Part shown: piece after piece, positions 50,555 through 60,052 of the stretch
Layout of the letters: the number at the start of each line of letters is the position of its first letter
Position numbering within the stretch: the stretch's first letter is position 1
Source: Syntrophorhabdaceae bacterium
GTDB taxonomy: Bacteria; Desulfobacterota; Syntrophorhabdia; Syntrophorhabdales; Syntrophorhabdaceae
Direction: 5' to 3'
Assembly (NCBI GenBank): GCA_963665295.1
Contig: OY762209.1
Coordinates: forward strand, 4,256,001-4,320,000
DNA length: 64,000 nt
Translations under genes and position numbers: made by a program
The notes under the pieces: generated by a model
The model's input: only the letters and a program-made list of their open reading frames with translations
Database searches by the model: none
Told to the model about the DNA's origin: nothing

Positions 50555-51676
50555 ATGTACCGCACTATTATTGAGAATCTCGCTGATGCAATACTTGTAG
50601 TCAATCCTCAGGGCCGTATTCTGTTTCTGAACAACGCCGCATCACGCTGGACGGGCTTTCACTCATCCGAGGACGCGAAAGGATGGGCCGTTACCGACGT
50701 CCTGAGTCCCCTCGACTCGGTTGTTCCCTGGAGCGAGTCCGTATTTCAGCACGCAGCAAGGAAGGGATTCCTCGGCAAGTGTAAAACCAAGGGGCGGGGA
50801 AACAGGGGCGCCATTGCGAAAGTCTATATCAGTGCGGCACAGCTTACGGACTCTCCCGTATACATTCTTACCGCAAGGGATATCACCGGACAGGACCGGA
50901 CCGACGAATGCGGCGCGCCGAGTCCGGCCCCTGATTCAATCGGAACCCTTGCGGGCGGCATTGCCCACGACTTCAATAACCTTCTTACCATCATTATGGG
51001 AAATATCTATATGGCGAAGAGATTCCTCACGGAGGACAACAATGCAAAGGGGAAACTCACCGAGGCGGAAAAGGCGTCCATGAGAGCCAAGGAACTGACG
51101 CGGCAAATCCTCGCCTATGCCGAAGGAGTGAAGCCGCTAAGGAAGCCGGTATGTCTCGGCGCCCTGATCAGGCATGCGGTGGCACGCGCCATAGCGGGAT
51201 CGGAGATAGAATGCAACTTCTCTGTCCCTGACGACCTTCCGGCTGTGGAGGCGGATGAGAAACAAATTCAACAAGCCGTCCACAGCATCATGATAAACGC
51301 ATGCGACGCCATGCCTCTCGGCGGAGTTGTGAATATTCGAGCCGAAAGCGTGGTCCATTGGCCCGATAACCTGCCTATCCCCGACGGCAAACCGTATGTC
51401 AAAATATCGATAGAAGATACGGGCCAGGGCATCCCGGAGAAATGTCTGTCCAGGATATTCGACCCCTACTTTACCACCAAAGAGATGGGGACCAGAAAAG
51501 GAACCGGTCTCGGGCTTTCGATCTGTTATTCGATCATAAAGAGCCATGGCGGCCACATAGAAGTGGCCACAAGCCCGGGGCTCGGAACCACATTTCACAT
51601 CTACCTGCCCGCCTCCGAACGTCACGTTGAAGCGCCGGCGAGTATTGACAAAGCCGTCCCGAACTGTCAGCCATAA
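50555..51676 (+). CDS. PAS sensor histidine kinase
   Basis: AGGIAHDFNNLL, NACDAM, DTGQG, FDPYFTTK, GTGLGL. Confidence 0.92.
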   Translation: MYRTIIENLADAILVVNPQGRILFLNNAASRWTGFHSSEDAKGWAVTDVLSPLDSVVPWSESVFQHAARKGFLGKCKTKGRGNRGAIAKVYISAAQLTDSPVYILTARDITGQDRTDECGAPSPAPDSIGTLAGGIAHDFNNLLTIIMGNIYMAKRFLTEDNNAKGKLTEAEKASMRAKELTRQILAYAEGVKPLRKPVCLGALIRHAVARAIAGSEIECNFSVPDDLPAVEADEKQIQQAVHSIMINACDAMPLGGVVNIRAESVVHWPDNLPIPDGKPYVKISIEDTGQGIPEKCLSRIFDPYFTTKEMGTRKGTGLGLSICYSIIKSHGGHIEVATSPGLGTTFHIYLPASERHVEAPASIDKAVPNCQP

Positions 51677-51820
51677 CCGTTCAAGCCTTTCGAAGGAGGC
51701 GATCCGATCCGGACCGGCGAAAGCATACGGCAAAAGCGATCCCCAACCCCCTTCATGAGGCTATCTCCCAATCCCCGGGGGCCAAAAACGCAGTAACCGG
51801 AACAAGCGCAAAAGAATTGG

Positions 51821-51849
51821 TTGACAACCGTTCCATGAGCAATTAGTAT
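51821..51849 (+). promoter_or_regulatory. Sigma70-type promoter of thyX
   Basis: TTGACA-N17-TAGTAT. Confidence 0.6.
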
Positions 51850-51893
51850 TTTCAATTCTGCGCCGATACGGCATAAATGGAAAAGGGTCACCC

Positions 51894-52622
51894 ATGGAAA
51901 GCAAACTGAAGGTCGTACTGATCAGTCACACTCCCGATCCGGAACAAACGGTGGCGGCGGCTGCGCGTCTTTGCTATCGTTCCGGCGGAGTCGATACCCT
52001 GAAGGACGACAAACTCGAGGGGCAAACAAGATCTTTCCTCGCCAAACTTGTGGACATGGGCCACATGAGTCCCATTGAACACGCGTCATTCACCTTTGCC
52101 ATAGAGGGTATATCGCGGGCGTGCTCCCACCAGTTGGTCCGCCACAGGCTCGCCTCTTACAGTCAGCAATCCCAGAGATACGTGGGCAAGACGTCGGGGT
52201 TTCACTACATAGTCCCGCCTTCCATAGGCGACGATCCCGAGTTGAGGACGCGGTTCGAATCTTTCATGAAGGAAGCACAGAAAACGTACAATTATCTGGC
52301 CACCCGGCTTGAAGAAAAAGGCCTGAAAGGCGAATCAGTCCGCGAAGATGCGCGGTTTGTCCTGCCGAATGCGACGGAAACCAAGATCATGGTCACCATG
52401 AACGCGAGGGAACTTCTCCATTTCTTCCGGCAGAGGTGCTGCAACAGGGCGCAATGGGAGATACGCGGGATGGCTACGGAGATGCTGAAACTGGTCAGGA
52501 ATGCGGCGCCCGCCCTGTTCCGCACCGCCGGGCCTGGATGCATGAATGGCCCGTGCCCGGAAGGGGCGTATTCGTGCGGAAAGATAAAAGACGTAAAGAA
52601 ATACTTCCGTAATCTCTCATAA
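51894..52622 (+). CDS. thyX: FAD-dependent thymidylate synthase
   Basis: GHMSPIEH, HQLVRHRLASYSQQSQRYV, EDARFVLP, AQWEIR. Confidence 0.96.
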   Translation: MESKLKVVLISHTPDPEQTVAAAARLCYRSGGVDTLKDDKLEGQTRSFLAKLVDMGHMSPIEHASFTFAIEGISRACSHQLVRHRLASYSQQSQRYVGKTSGFHYIVPPSIGDDPELRTRFESFMKEAQKTYNYLATRLEEKGLKGESVREDARFVLPNATETKIMVTMNARELLHFFRQRCCNRAQWEIRGMATEMLKLVRNAAPALFRTAGPGCMNGPCPEGAYSCGKIKDVKKYFRNLS

Positions 52623-52637
52623 AAAGATAAAGAACCA

Positions 52638-53180
52638 CTATTTTTCAAGGACAAGGGGCAAAGAGGAACCGGCCTCCAGGGCCTTGAGGACAGTCTCACG
52701 CATCTTTCCGGAGCCAATATCCTCCTTGCCGGTGATGGACTCGATATCAATTCGCACCACGGCGGTTATGGCAACTTTGTTTTCGGGAAATTTCTCCTGG
52801 GCTCTCAAGGGTTCGTATTTCTTCATGAGCATTCCAAGGGCACGCACCTTTTCTTCCTCGTCCGCGACCAGCGCCGCCCGCCCCGCGATAATCACGCTCC
52901 TGTAAAGATAGTCGGTTCCGCACGGGTCACCTGCCCTTCTCGCATAAGCGATGGGTTGATCAACCTCGAAGCATACTCTCGGATCCCGCTCGATGTCATC
53001 AATCTTCTCCCCCTGTGACGCGCCGTGGAAGTAGACGGCATTTCCGTAATATACAAAGTTAAGGGGTTTTATCACAGGATACCCTTCCTTCCCGACCGTT
53101 CCAAGCCTCCCCACATGGGCCGAGTTCAGCAAATCGACTATAATGCCTATGTCTTTTATCTCTTTTCCCGCAACACGCAT
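52638..53180 (-). CDS. Pyridoxamine 5'-phosphate oxidase-like (NimA/FMN-binding split barrel) protein
   Basis: PVIKPLNF, YFHGA..G.K, PRVCFEVD, YRSVI..G, ITGK. Confidence 0.85.
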   Translation of the reverse strand: MRVAGKEIKDIGIIVDLLNSAHVGRLGTVGKEGYPVIKPLNFVYYGNAVYFHGASQGEKIDDIERDPRVCFEVDQPIAYARRAGDPCGTDYLYRSVIIAGRAALVADEEEKVRALGMLMKKYEPLRAQEKFPENKVAITAVVRIDIESITGKEDIGSGKMRETVLKALEAGSSLPLVLEK

Positions 53181-53211
53181 AGAGAGTCTCCTATGTTCTT
53201 CATCGTGATTG

Positions 53212-55596
53212 TCAGCGCTTCTTTGACTGGATCACAGTAAATGTCTTCTTCGTCCCGGGCTTCAACGCAAGGGTTACATCGATCTTTCCCGTCCGGTTCC
53301 TACTTGAGTCGGAAAACAGCACGTCGTACGTCACCGAGCCTCCGTCGGTACCCGTTGCACCGGAAATTATCTGAATCCAGTCGGTGTTGTTCGTTGCAGC
53401 GTTCCACCGGCAGTCCGAAGGGATCACGGCGACACTGAAGACGTTGCCCCCATGGGCCTCACTATCGAAGGATACCCGCGAAGGCTTAAGGCTCTTAAGG
53501 GCACATGTCTTTCCTTTTTGCCGCACCTCCAGGGTATCTCCCCCTATCATGACCACCCCCGACCTCTCAAAGGAACTGGCATTGCCTGATGCCTTGATCT
53601 TTACCGAACCCTTGCCCTTTTTCATCGACAACCCGGAATGGGCGAGCCAACTTCCGTCGGGCACGGTTATGACCGGAGAAGCGCACGTGGCACTGTCGGC
53701 CGATATCTTAACAGTCACACTCCCTCCATTCGCTCCGAAATCTGTCTGCCTCGCGGAAACGATGGAATAGGAACAGGTTCCGAAAGACGCGGTCTCTGAT
53801 CGGCTTTGGTCCATGGTCACCAGGCATTTGCCGGTCCCGCTGCACACAGGGCCACCCCATCCTTCAAAAGAAGAACCCGGAGCGGGCACTGCCACAAGGG
53901 CGACATCGGTGCCGGCCAAGAAGCCATGTACGCAAGTCTCTCCACAATCTACACCGTCCGGAGCACTCTTCACGGACCCCGTCCCTGTCCCCGTTCTGGA
54001 AACGGTGAGGAGAAAGGTCTCCGACGGACCGGCGCCGAGAACATACGATGCGCCCCGCCCCACCTTTGACACTCCCCATCTTATGTGCATGTACCCTTTC
54101 GTTCCCCAGACAGCCCCCCAACTGTTCCGCAATATCCAATAGCGACCCTCGTCGTCCCAGCCGACAAGATTGATCAGGTGGTTGACATGCCCGCCGCAAG
54201 AGGTGCTTTCGTCCGTGGCAAACGTGCCGAACAGGTAGTTGTGAAACCATTCGCCCACGCATACCCCTGCAGCAACGGGCCCATACTGATAGATGGCGCT
54301 CTTGATCTCGTCCACGGTAGGCACGGTGGACTCCGAGCCGGAAATAAACTTCCAGCCCTTCAGCACATAAGGCTTGCGATAATTCCTGGTACAGGAGCCC
54401 TCAAAAGAGGCGTAAGGTTTTTCGGCTTCAAGGACCGCGCCTGCGACCCTCTGGATACTCCCCGGCACGTCATAGTGATATTTATGGGCGGTAAGGCCTC
54501 CGTTGCACGTCCAATGGTCCGTGTTGCAGTCCAGCAGAAACTGCTCCGAAAGGTTGACGTTTGCTATGCCGTTCTTCCAAAGGGCCGACTCCATGACACC
54601 CACCGTACCAAAGGCCCAGCAACCTCCACAGATGCCCTGATTGCGCACGGGGGTGACAATGCCGTAGTCCCGCCAGTCGAAGTGAGCAGGTAAACCGGAA
54701 ACCGACTCCAGCTGAGAGTCTTCAACGCCGGCCTCATCCTCTAACAGCGGAGCGAGGGTGCCGGGTGCATCGGGATCGCTCAGATCGAGTTTCGCGGGGA
54801 ATGAAGGGAAGACGATCTTCAGCCGGCGCAGAGGGGAGACGTCCTCCCAGCCTCGTTTATACAAAAGTTTTACGGAACACGGACCCGTACCGGCAGAAAC
54901 CAGGCGGATAACCTGCCTTTCAGGTGTACCGTAACCGGGCGTGTGTTTCTGGTATTCGGCAGGAGCGCTCTCCACCATGGAACTGTTGCCCGCTGAACGC
55001 CATCGGTAGCCGGTGGAAGGGTTTGATTCCAGGACAATGACCATACTCTTCCCTTCGGAAACTCCCGTGATCTCAACCTCGGTCTCACCGCCCAGGAGAT
55101 CGAATTCCGGCCGTGCCACCCCGTAAAGGAGACTGCGGAGGTGCTGCACGTCACTCTTGCCCGAGACGCTCAGGGAGTAGGTCATCTTCTCTTCGGTTCT
55201 CGCGGAGACATGCGCCCCGGCCACAGCGCCCGCAGCATTCAGTTTCGTTGTCAGGGCATCGACATGGAGGGTTCCGGCACGCTGCGAGTCCGACTCTCCG
55301 CGAACCCCTTCACCCGCAGGAACGGTCAGTTCGGCATGAAGGGTCCATTCCACAACGGGCGATGTTTCAGCGCCATCCTCCAGGGCGACTGCCATGGCGC
55401 TGCCCGCAAGGTATACCGCTGTTATAAGGATAACGACGACAGCGAGGGCCGCCTTGCGTCCGAAAGTATCGAAAATCACGGTCGCACCGGGAAATCGCAA
55501 TCTTGTCGTCTTAGGAGAATGTTCACTTTCAAGGATTATATAAAATCGCCGGATCGGCTTCAACAGGTTTGTTCGGAGGTCCCATTTTTCCCTCAC
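53212..55596 (-). CDS. Secreted C1A (papain-family) cysteine peptidase with chagasin/I42-like domain and C-terminal InlB-B-like/BACON-like domains (start may be GTG 55479)
   Basis: LESNPSTGYRW; FDWR, QGICGGCWAF, LSEQ, VNH, WILRNSWG. Confidence 0.88.
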   Translation of the reverse strand: MREKWDLRTNLLKPIRRFYIILESEHSPKTTRLRFPGATVIFDTFGRKAALAVVVILITAVYLAGSAMAVALEDGAETSPVVEWTLHAELTVPAGEGVRGESDSQRAGTLHVDALTTKLNAAGAVAGAHVSARTEEKMTYSLSVSGKSDVQHLRSLLYGVARPEFDLLGGETEVEITGVSEGKSMVIVLESNPSTGYRWRSAGNSSMVESAPAEYQKHTPGYGTPERQVIRLVSAGTGPCSVKLLYKRGWEDVSPLRRLKIVFPSFPAKLDLSDPDAPGTLAPLLEDEAGVEDSQLESVSGLPAHFDWRDYGIVTPVRNQGICGGCWAFGTVGVMESALWKNGIANVNLSEQFLLDCNTDHWTCNGGLTAHKYHYDVPGSIQRVAGAVLEAEKPYASFEGSCTRNYRKPYVLKGWKFISGSESTVPTVDEIKSAIYQYGPVAAGVCVGEWFHNYLFGTFATDESTSCGGHVNHLINLVGWDDEGRYWILRNSWGAVWGTKGYMHIRWGVSKVGRGASYVLGAGPSETFLLTVSRTGTGTGSVKSAPDGVDCGETCVHGFLAGTDVALVAVPAPGSSFEGWGGPVCSGTGKCLVTMDQSRSETASFGTCSYSIVSARQTDFGANGGSVTVKISADSATCASPVITVPDGSWLAHSGLSMKKGKGSVKIKASGNASSFERSGVVMIGGDTLEVRQKGKTCALKSLKPSRVSFDSEAHGGNVFSVAVIPSDCRWNAATNNTDWIQIISGATGTDGGSVTYDVLFSDSSRNRTGKIDVTLALKPGTKKTFTVIQSKKR

Positions 55597-56486
55597 AACC
55601 CGGGCTTTGTCATGTGCCCCTGGAATTGTTCCTTGAACTTCTTCAGTACCCTGCTTTCTATCTGCCTCACCCGCTCTCGCGAGATCCGGAATGCGGCGCC
55701 TATTTCCCGGAGGGTGTGAGGTTGCTCCGCCATGGTGCGGTGATCGAATATGAACATCTCCTTATCATTCAAGGTACTCTTGAACTCCTTCACCTTTCTG
55801 GAGAGTATCTCCGATTCCTCCTTGCGGCTCACTATGTCCTCCACATCCTCATCAGTCCCCATCGTGTCCATAATTGTATCATCGCTCCCGTCATGGACCG
55901 GCGCTTCGAGAGAAATGTCGGTAAAAGTCAGTCTTTGTTCCATGCAATCGACTTCCGTTTCTTTCACCTCGAGGATGCCTGCAAGGATCTTGGGGGCGGG
56001 GTATATGCCGAGGGCTTCGAGTTTCTGTTTCTCCTTGTTAAGTCTGTAGAAGAGTTTCCTCTGGCTTTGTGTGGTCCCCACTTTGACCAGACTCCACGAA
56101 TCCATGATGTGCTTCAGAATATAGGCCCTGATCCAGAAAGAAGCGTAGGTCGAAAACTTCGTTCCCTTGTAGGGATTATATTTCCTTACCGCATGGAGCA
56201 GCCCCACGTTGCCTTCCTGGATCAGGTCGAGAATGTTGAGGTACGAATTATAGTACTCAAGGGATATCTTGACCACCAGCCTGAGATTCGCCATAACGAG
56301 CTTCTGGGCTGCCTCGAGATCTTTGTTCTCAAATACCTGCCGCGATATTTCAAGTTCTTTCTCCCTTGTGAGGACCGCGTATTTCGACACCTCGGCAAGG
56401 TACGTCTTCAGCGGATCAAAAGGTATGGGCAGACTTGCGTCGTCTTTGGAAACTCCCGCGTTGTCAACGATCGTATCGCCTATCAT
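55593..56486 (-). CDS. rpoH: RNA polymerase sigma factor, RpoH/sigma32-like
   Basis: NLRLVVKI, DLIQEGNVGL, FSTYA.FWIRA, RpoH-box-like QRKLFYRL, SRERVRQIE. Confidence 0.85.
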   Translation of the reverse strand: MIGDTIVDNAGVSKDDASLPIPFDPLKTYLAEVSKYAVLTREKELEISRQVFENKDLEAAQKLVMANLRLVVKISLEYYNSYLNILDLIQEGNVGLLHAVRKYNPYKGTKFSTYASFWIRAYILKHIMDSWSLVKVGTTQSQRKLFYRLNKEKQKLEALGIYPAPKILAGILEVKETEVDCMEQRLTFTDISLEAPVHDGSDDTIMDTMGTDEDVEDIVSRKEESEILSRKVKEFKSTLNDKEMFIFDHRTMAEQPHTLREIGAAFRISRERVRQIESRVLKKFKEQFQGHMTKPGL

Positions 56487-56963
56487 TAATGCCGTCTCTC
56501 CCTAGGAATAAGAGCCGTTTCCAGACAAGGGGGATAAGAATCTCCATTCCTTCCGGAGTCCACCTGCCTGCAGGTCGCACGCGTCTTCCGGCGGCAGCGT
56601 CTGCTTCTCAAAACAGGCCGGGATCGCGAGAAATACAGACCGACAATGACGATTGGCCTGTTTAAGCCATTATTAAATATAAGCATTCTTTTCGTCATTG
56701 TCATAGCAGGCGTTGTTTTTGTGCATCAATAGCAAAGCGTGGCAGTAGGTCTGCCCCGGCGATGCACAAAATGACGGAACCGGTTTTGCGAAAGGCGCTT
56801 TCGTCAACCGACTTGACGGCCGCGAAAGCCAATGGATATTCCTGGCGTGGTTTTATTGTGCGCTGAATGCGTATGAAATACGAATGGCCTAATCCGGGCT
56901 ACTTCCGAAAACATCCAAGGACCTGTTCGGGCGGGAGTATATCCCCGCCCCTCCTCTATGCTT

Positions 56964-57155
56964 TTATGCTTTGGGTTTCTCTTTGTCGTCCCTTTTGAGA
57001 TTCTTCTCTTCCTCGTCCGGTTCGTGTACCGATTTTTTAAAACCCTTTATGGCCTTGCCGACTGCTCCCCCTATCTCGGGGAGCTTCCCCGCCCCAAAGA
57101 CGAGAACCACTATGATGAGGATAATTATGAGTTCAGGCGCTCCAAGTCCGAACAT
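56964..57155 (-). CDS. tatA: Twin-arginine translocase subunit TatA/E
   Basis: [11 protein letters not shown]...[10 protein letters not shown]...GKAIKGFKK. Confidence 0.95.
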   Translation of the reverse strand: MFGLGAPELIIILIIVVLVFGAGKLPEIGGAVGKAIKGFKKSVHEPDEEEKNLKRDDKEKPKA

Positions 57156-57631
57156 GCGTCGCTCCCTCCTTTTCTCTTAGGTATACTATCACTTCCCCCA
57201 TTAGTCAACACCGTATTGTTCGTAGATCTATCCATCGTTCTTCTCTCCACGCCTGATTCCCGGATTTAGGATGCTTTGACGCAGGGGCCCCGGTCCGCCC
57301 GGCAATAAGATCCGCGGCCTCATCCTCCCGCACGGGAAACACGACCACCTCCCGGCGAATCCCGTTCTTCAGATGATAAGGCCGCGAAAATCAAATACTG
57401 CCGATATCCACCGTGGCGCCGGCAGCGCGATTAACTGCTTCGACCGTACTATTTTTTATCCGTCCTATGTGCTTTTTTGTTGATAATTATTTGGAATTGC
57501 GCGAGAATTTATCTAGGATCATGTGGTAGAAGTGTGGTCGGATCAATATAATGCCGGTATCAAGCTAACTCGGGCCCATCCCCTGTTCTGCACAGAATCC
57601 GGCACAATCCACAATTTCCCAGGAGGTTTTT

Positions 57632-59197
57632 ATGAGCGAAGATACAAAGAAACCAAAAGATTTGTCGAGACGCGATTTCCTCAAGACAACAGGTGGTGCA
57701 GCGGCAATTGCGGGCATGGCTGTGGGAGGCCTCGCCTCTACTGCTAAGGACGCGGCTGCCGCATGGGACCCCATGCCCAAGAAATGGAACGAGACTTATG
57801 ATGTGGTCGTTATCGGAAGCGGATTTGCAGGGCTCGCCGCCGCCTACGAGGCAAAGAAAGCCGGTGCGTCCGTAGTAATTCTCGAGAAGATGCGCACCCC
57901 TGGGGGCAATTCGATTATCAATGGCGGCATCATCGCCGCAGCAGGCTCTCCCCTCCAGGCTCAGAAAGGCCTTAAGGATTCTCCTCAACAGCTTTACGAC
58001 GACATGCTTCGTGAGGGCCTTGGCCTCAACCATCCCGATCTCGTGAAACTGATGGCGGATGCTTCCGTTCCGACAGTCATGTGGACCATCAATGAACTGG
58101 GAGTCAAATACACGGATGTACTCGTGCAGGAAGGCGGCCATGCCGTACCCCGGAGCTATCAAACATATAACAGCAGCGGTTCAGCTATTGTCCAGCCGCA
58201 GCTCGCAAAACTTAAAGCCCTGGGTGTCGAACCCAAGACGCAGATGTACCTGCAGAAGATACTCAGAGATAAAGACGGCCGCGTTAAAGGAGTCGAGGTC
58301 CGCGAAGGATATGTCTTCCCCAAGGCCGACAGCGGCAAAGTAAAATACATAAAAGCCAAGAAGGCAGTCGTGCTCGCTTACGGCGGCTTCGGCCAGGATG
58401 TGGCTTTCCGTATGATTCAGGATCCCAAACTCACATCCCTCTTCGAAAGCACCAACCAGCCGGGCGCCACGGCCGAGGGTATCAGGGAAGCCCTGAGAAT
58501 CGGTTGTACCCCTGTTCAGCTTGACTGGATACAGGTCGGCCCATGGGCCAGCCCCGACGAGAAGGGCTTCGGACTCGGTCCCCACTTTGCCCAGGAAGCC
58601 GCGGCAATGTACGGCGTCTGGATCAACACCAAGACCGGAAAGCGGTTCATCAGCGAGCTCGCCAACCGGAAACTCCGGGCAGACAAGATTATGGAACTGG
58701 GCAACAAGGGAGAGAAATGTATCGCTATAGCCGATGAAAACGGCGCTTCCTGGGTAAAATCAAAGCTGCCCAAACTCCTTGAGAGCGGCGTTGTCAAGAA
58801 ATACAATACCATCGAGGAACTCGCAAAGGCTTATAATGTTCCCGCCGACGCCCTGAAACAGACGATCGAGAACTACAACAAGTTCGTGGCCCAGGGTAAA
58901 GACGACGAATTCAGCCGCTACATGAACAAGAACGCGAAACCTATCGCAACGGCGCCTTTTTACGCCATGCGGCTCCTGCCCAAAATCCACTACTGTATGG
59001 GTGGGGTCAACATCAATACCAAATCGCAGGCCCTGGACATCACGGGCGACAAGCCGATTCCCGGTCTCTATGCTGCCGGCGAGTCTGTAGGAGGCGTCCA
59101 CGGTGCGGTCCGCCTCGGTAGCAACTCGACCCTGGCCTGTCTCGTCTTTGGCCGTATAGCAGGCGAGAACGCAGCGAAGGAAAAAGCCTGGGGTTAG
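57632..59197 (+). CDS. Tat-exported flavocytochrome c flavin subunit
   Basis: SRRDFLK, GSGFAG, GGNS, HYCMGG, GGVHG..RLG. Confidence 0.93.
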   Translation: MSEDTKKPKDLSRRDFLKTTGGAAAIAGMAVGGLASTAKDAAAAWDPMPKKWNETYDVVVIGSGFAGLAAAYEAKKAGASVVILEKMRTPGGNSIINGGIIAAAGSPLQAQKGLKDSPQQLYDDMLREGLGLNHPDLVKLMADASVPTVMWTINELGVKYTDVLVQEGGHAVPRSYQTYNSSGSAIVQPQLAKLKALGVEPKTQMYLQKILRDKDGRVKGVEVREGYVFPKADSGKVKYIKAKKAVVLAYGGFGQDVAFRMIQDPKLTSLFESTNQPGATAEGIREALRIGCTPVQLDWIQVGPWASPDEKGFGLGPHFAQEAAAMYGVWINTKTGKRFISELANRKLRADKIMELGNKGEKCIAIADENGASWVKSKLPKLLESGVVKKYNTIEELAKAYNVPADALKQTIENYNKFVAQGKDDEFSRYMNKNAKPIATAPFYAMRLLPKIHYCMGGVNINTKSQALDITGDKPIPGLYAAGESVGGVHGAVRLGSNSTLACLVFGRIAGENAAKEKAWG

Positions 59198-59228
59198 GCA
59201 CTTAAGTCAACGCAACTGTACGCAAACA

Positions 59229-59259
59229 AGGGAAGAAAGCGGGTTCCGCTTTCTTCCCT
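59229..59259 (+). terminator. 14-bp hairpin between flavin subunit and cytochrome genes
   Basis: AGGGAAGAAAGCGG-GTT-CCGCTTTCTTCCCT. Confidence 0.6.
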
Positions 59260-59326
59260 GTCTTCACGCTGAGGGAACCGATTCCGGGAAGCACAGTGAC
59301 CCTCCGCAGCACGAGGAGGAAAGGAG

Positions 59327-59875
59327 TTGAGAATGAGACAAGGTATTTACAACAAGAACCGGGGAAAACGTAACGGCGCCCTTCTCGTTGGTCTTTGCCT
59401 GGCCGTCCTCCTGCTCGTCGGGACCGCCGTTTCCACAATGGCCGCACCTAAGCGCATAGCGACAGCAAAACCGGGTGATTGCGCGGCCTGTCATGGAAGT
59501 CAGAAAGTCCTCCCCCAGGACCATAAAGATACAAAGGGGATGTCTTACCAGGGTTGTCTTGAATGCCACGAAAAGACGGGGGCCGGGAGTCTTCGCACAA
59601 AACTTCCTGCGAGCCACACCCACCAGCTTGCCGGGGTGACGTGCGTCAAATGCCACGGCAAGACCAAGACACCGAAAGAAGTCAAGATGAAGCAGTGCGT
59701 GGTCTGCCACTCCACGGATAAGGTCGCAGAGAAGACCGCGCAAGTGAAGCCGCAGAACCCGCATGAGTCGCCCCATTACGGGAAAACCCTCGACTGCAAC
59801 GTATGCCACCATCAGCATGCGAAGTCGGAGAATTTCTGCAGTCAGTGCCACAAATTCGATTTCGTAGTGCCATAG
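59327..59875 (+). CDS. Hexaheme cytochrome c (c3 family), partner of flavin subunit
   Basis: Signal peptide; CAACH, CLECH, CVKCH, CVVCH, CNVCH, CSQCH; NPHESPHYG. Confidence 0.92.
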   Translation: MRMRQGIYNKNRGKRNGALLVGLCLAVLLLVGTAVSTMAAPKRIATAKPGDCAACHGSQKVLPQDHKDTKGMSYQGCLECHEKTGAGSLRTKLPASHTHQLAGVTCVKCHGKTKTPKEVKMKQCVVCHSTDKVAEKTAQVKPQNPHESPHYGKTLDCNVCHHQHAKSENFCSQCHKFDFVVP

Positions 59876-60052
59876 GCAAGAATATGTAATTATTTTAATT
59901 ATATAGGGCAACTTCTTCACAACTTGTGTCAGGTAATTTATGACCTGCGGGCCCTCAAGAATAAACCGCCCTCCTGAGAAGGGGACATGGGCTCGACCTT
60001 CGAACTCCACGAGGTCGGGAACCGGCACTCCAGTCTCAGAAGGGCGGTTCTT

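Noticed and set aside
56486..56704. 72-aa ORF upstream of the rpoH-like gene
   Set aside because: No RBS or recognisable motif; overlaps the sigma factor's own RBS
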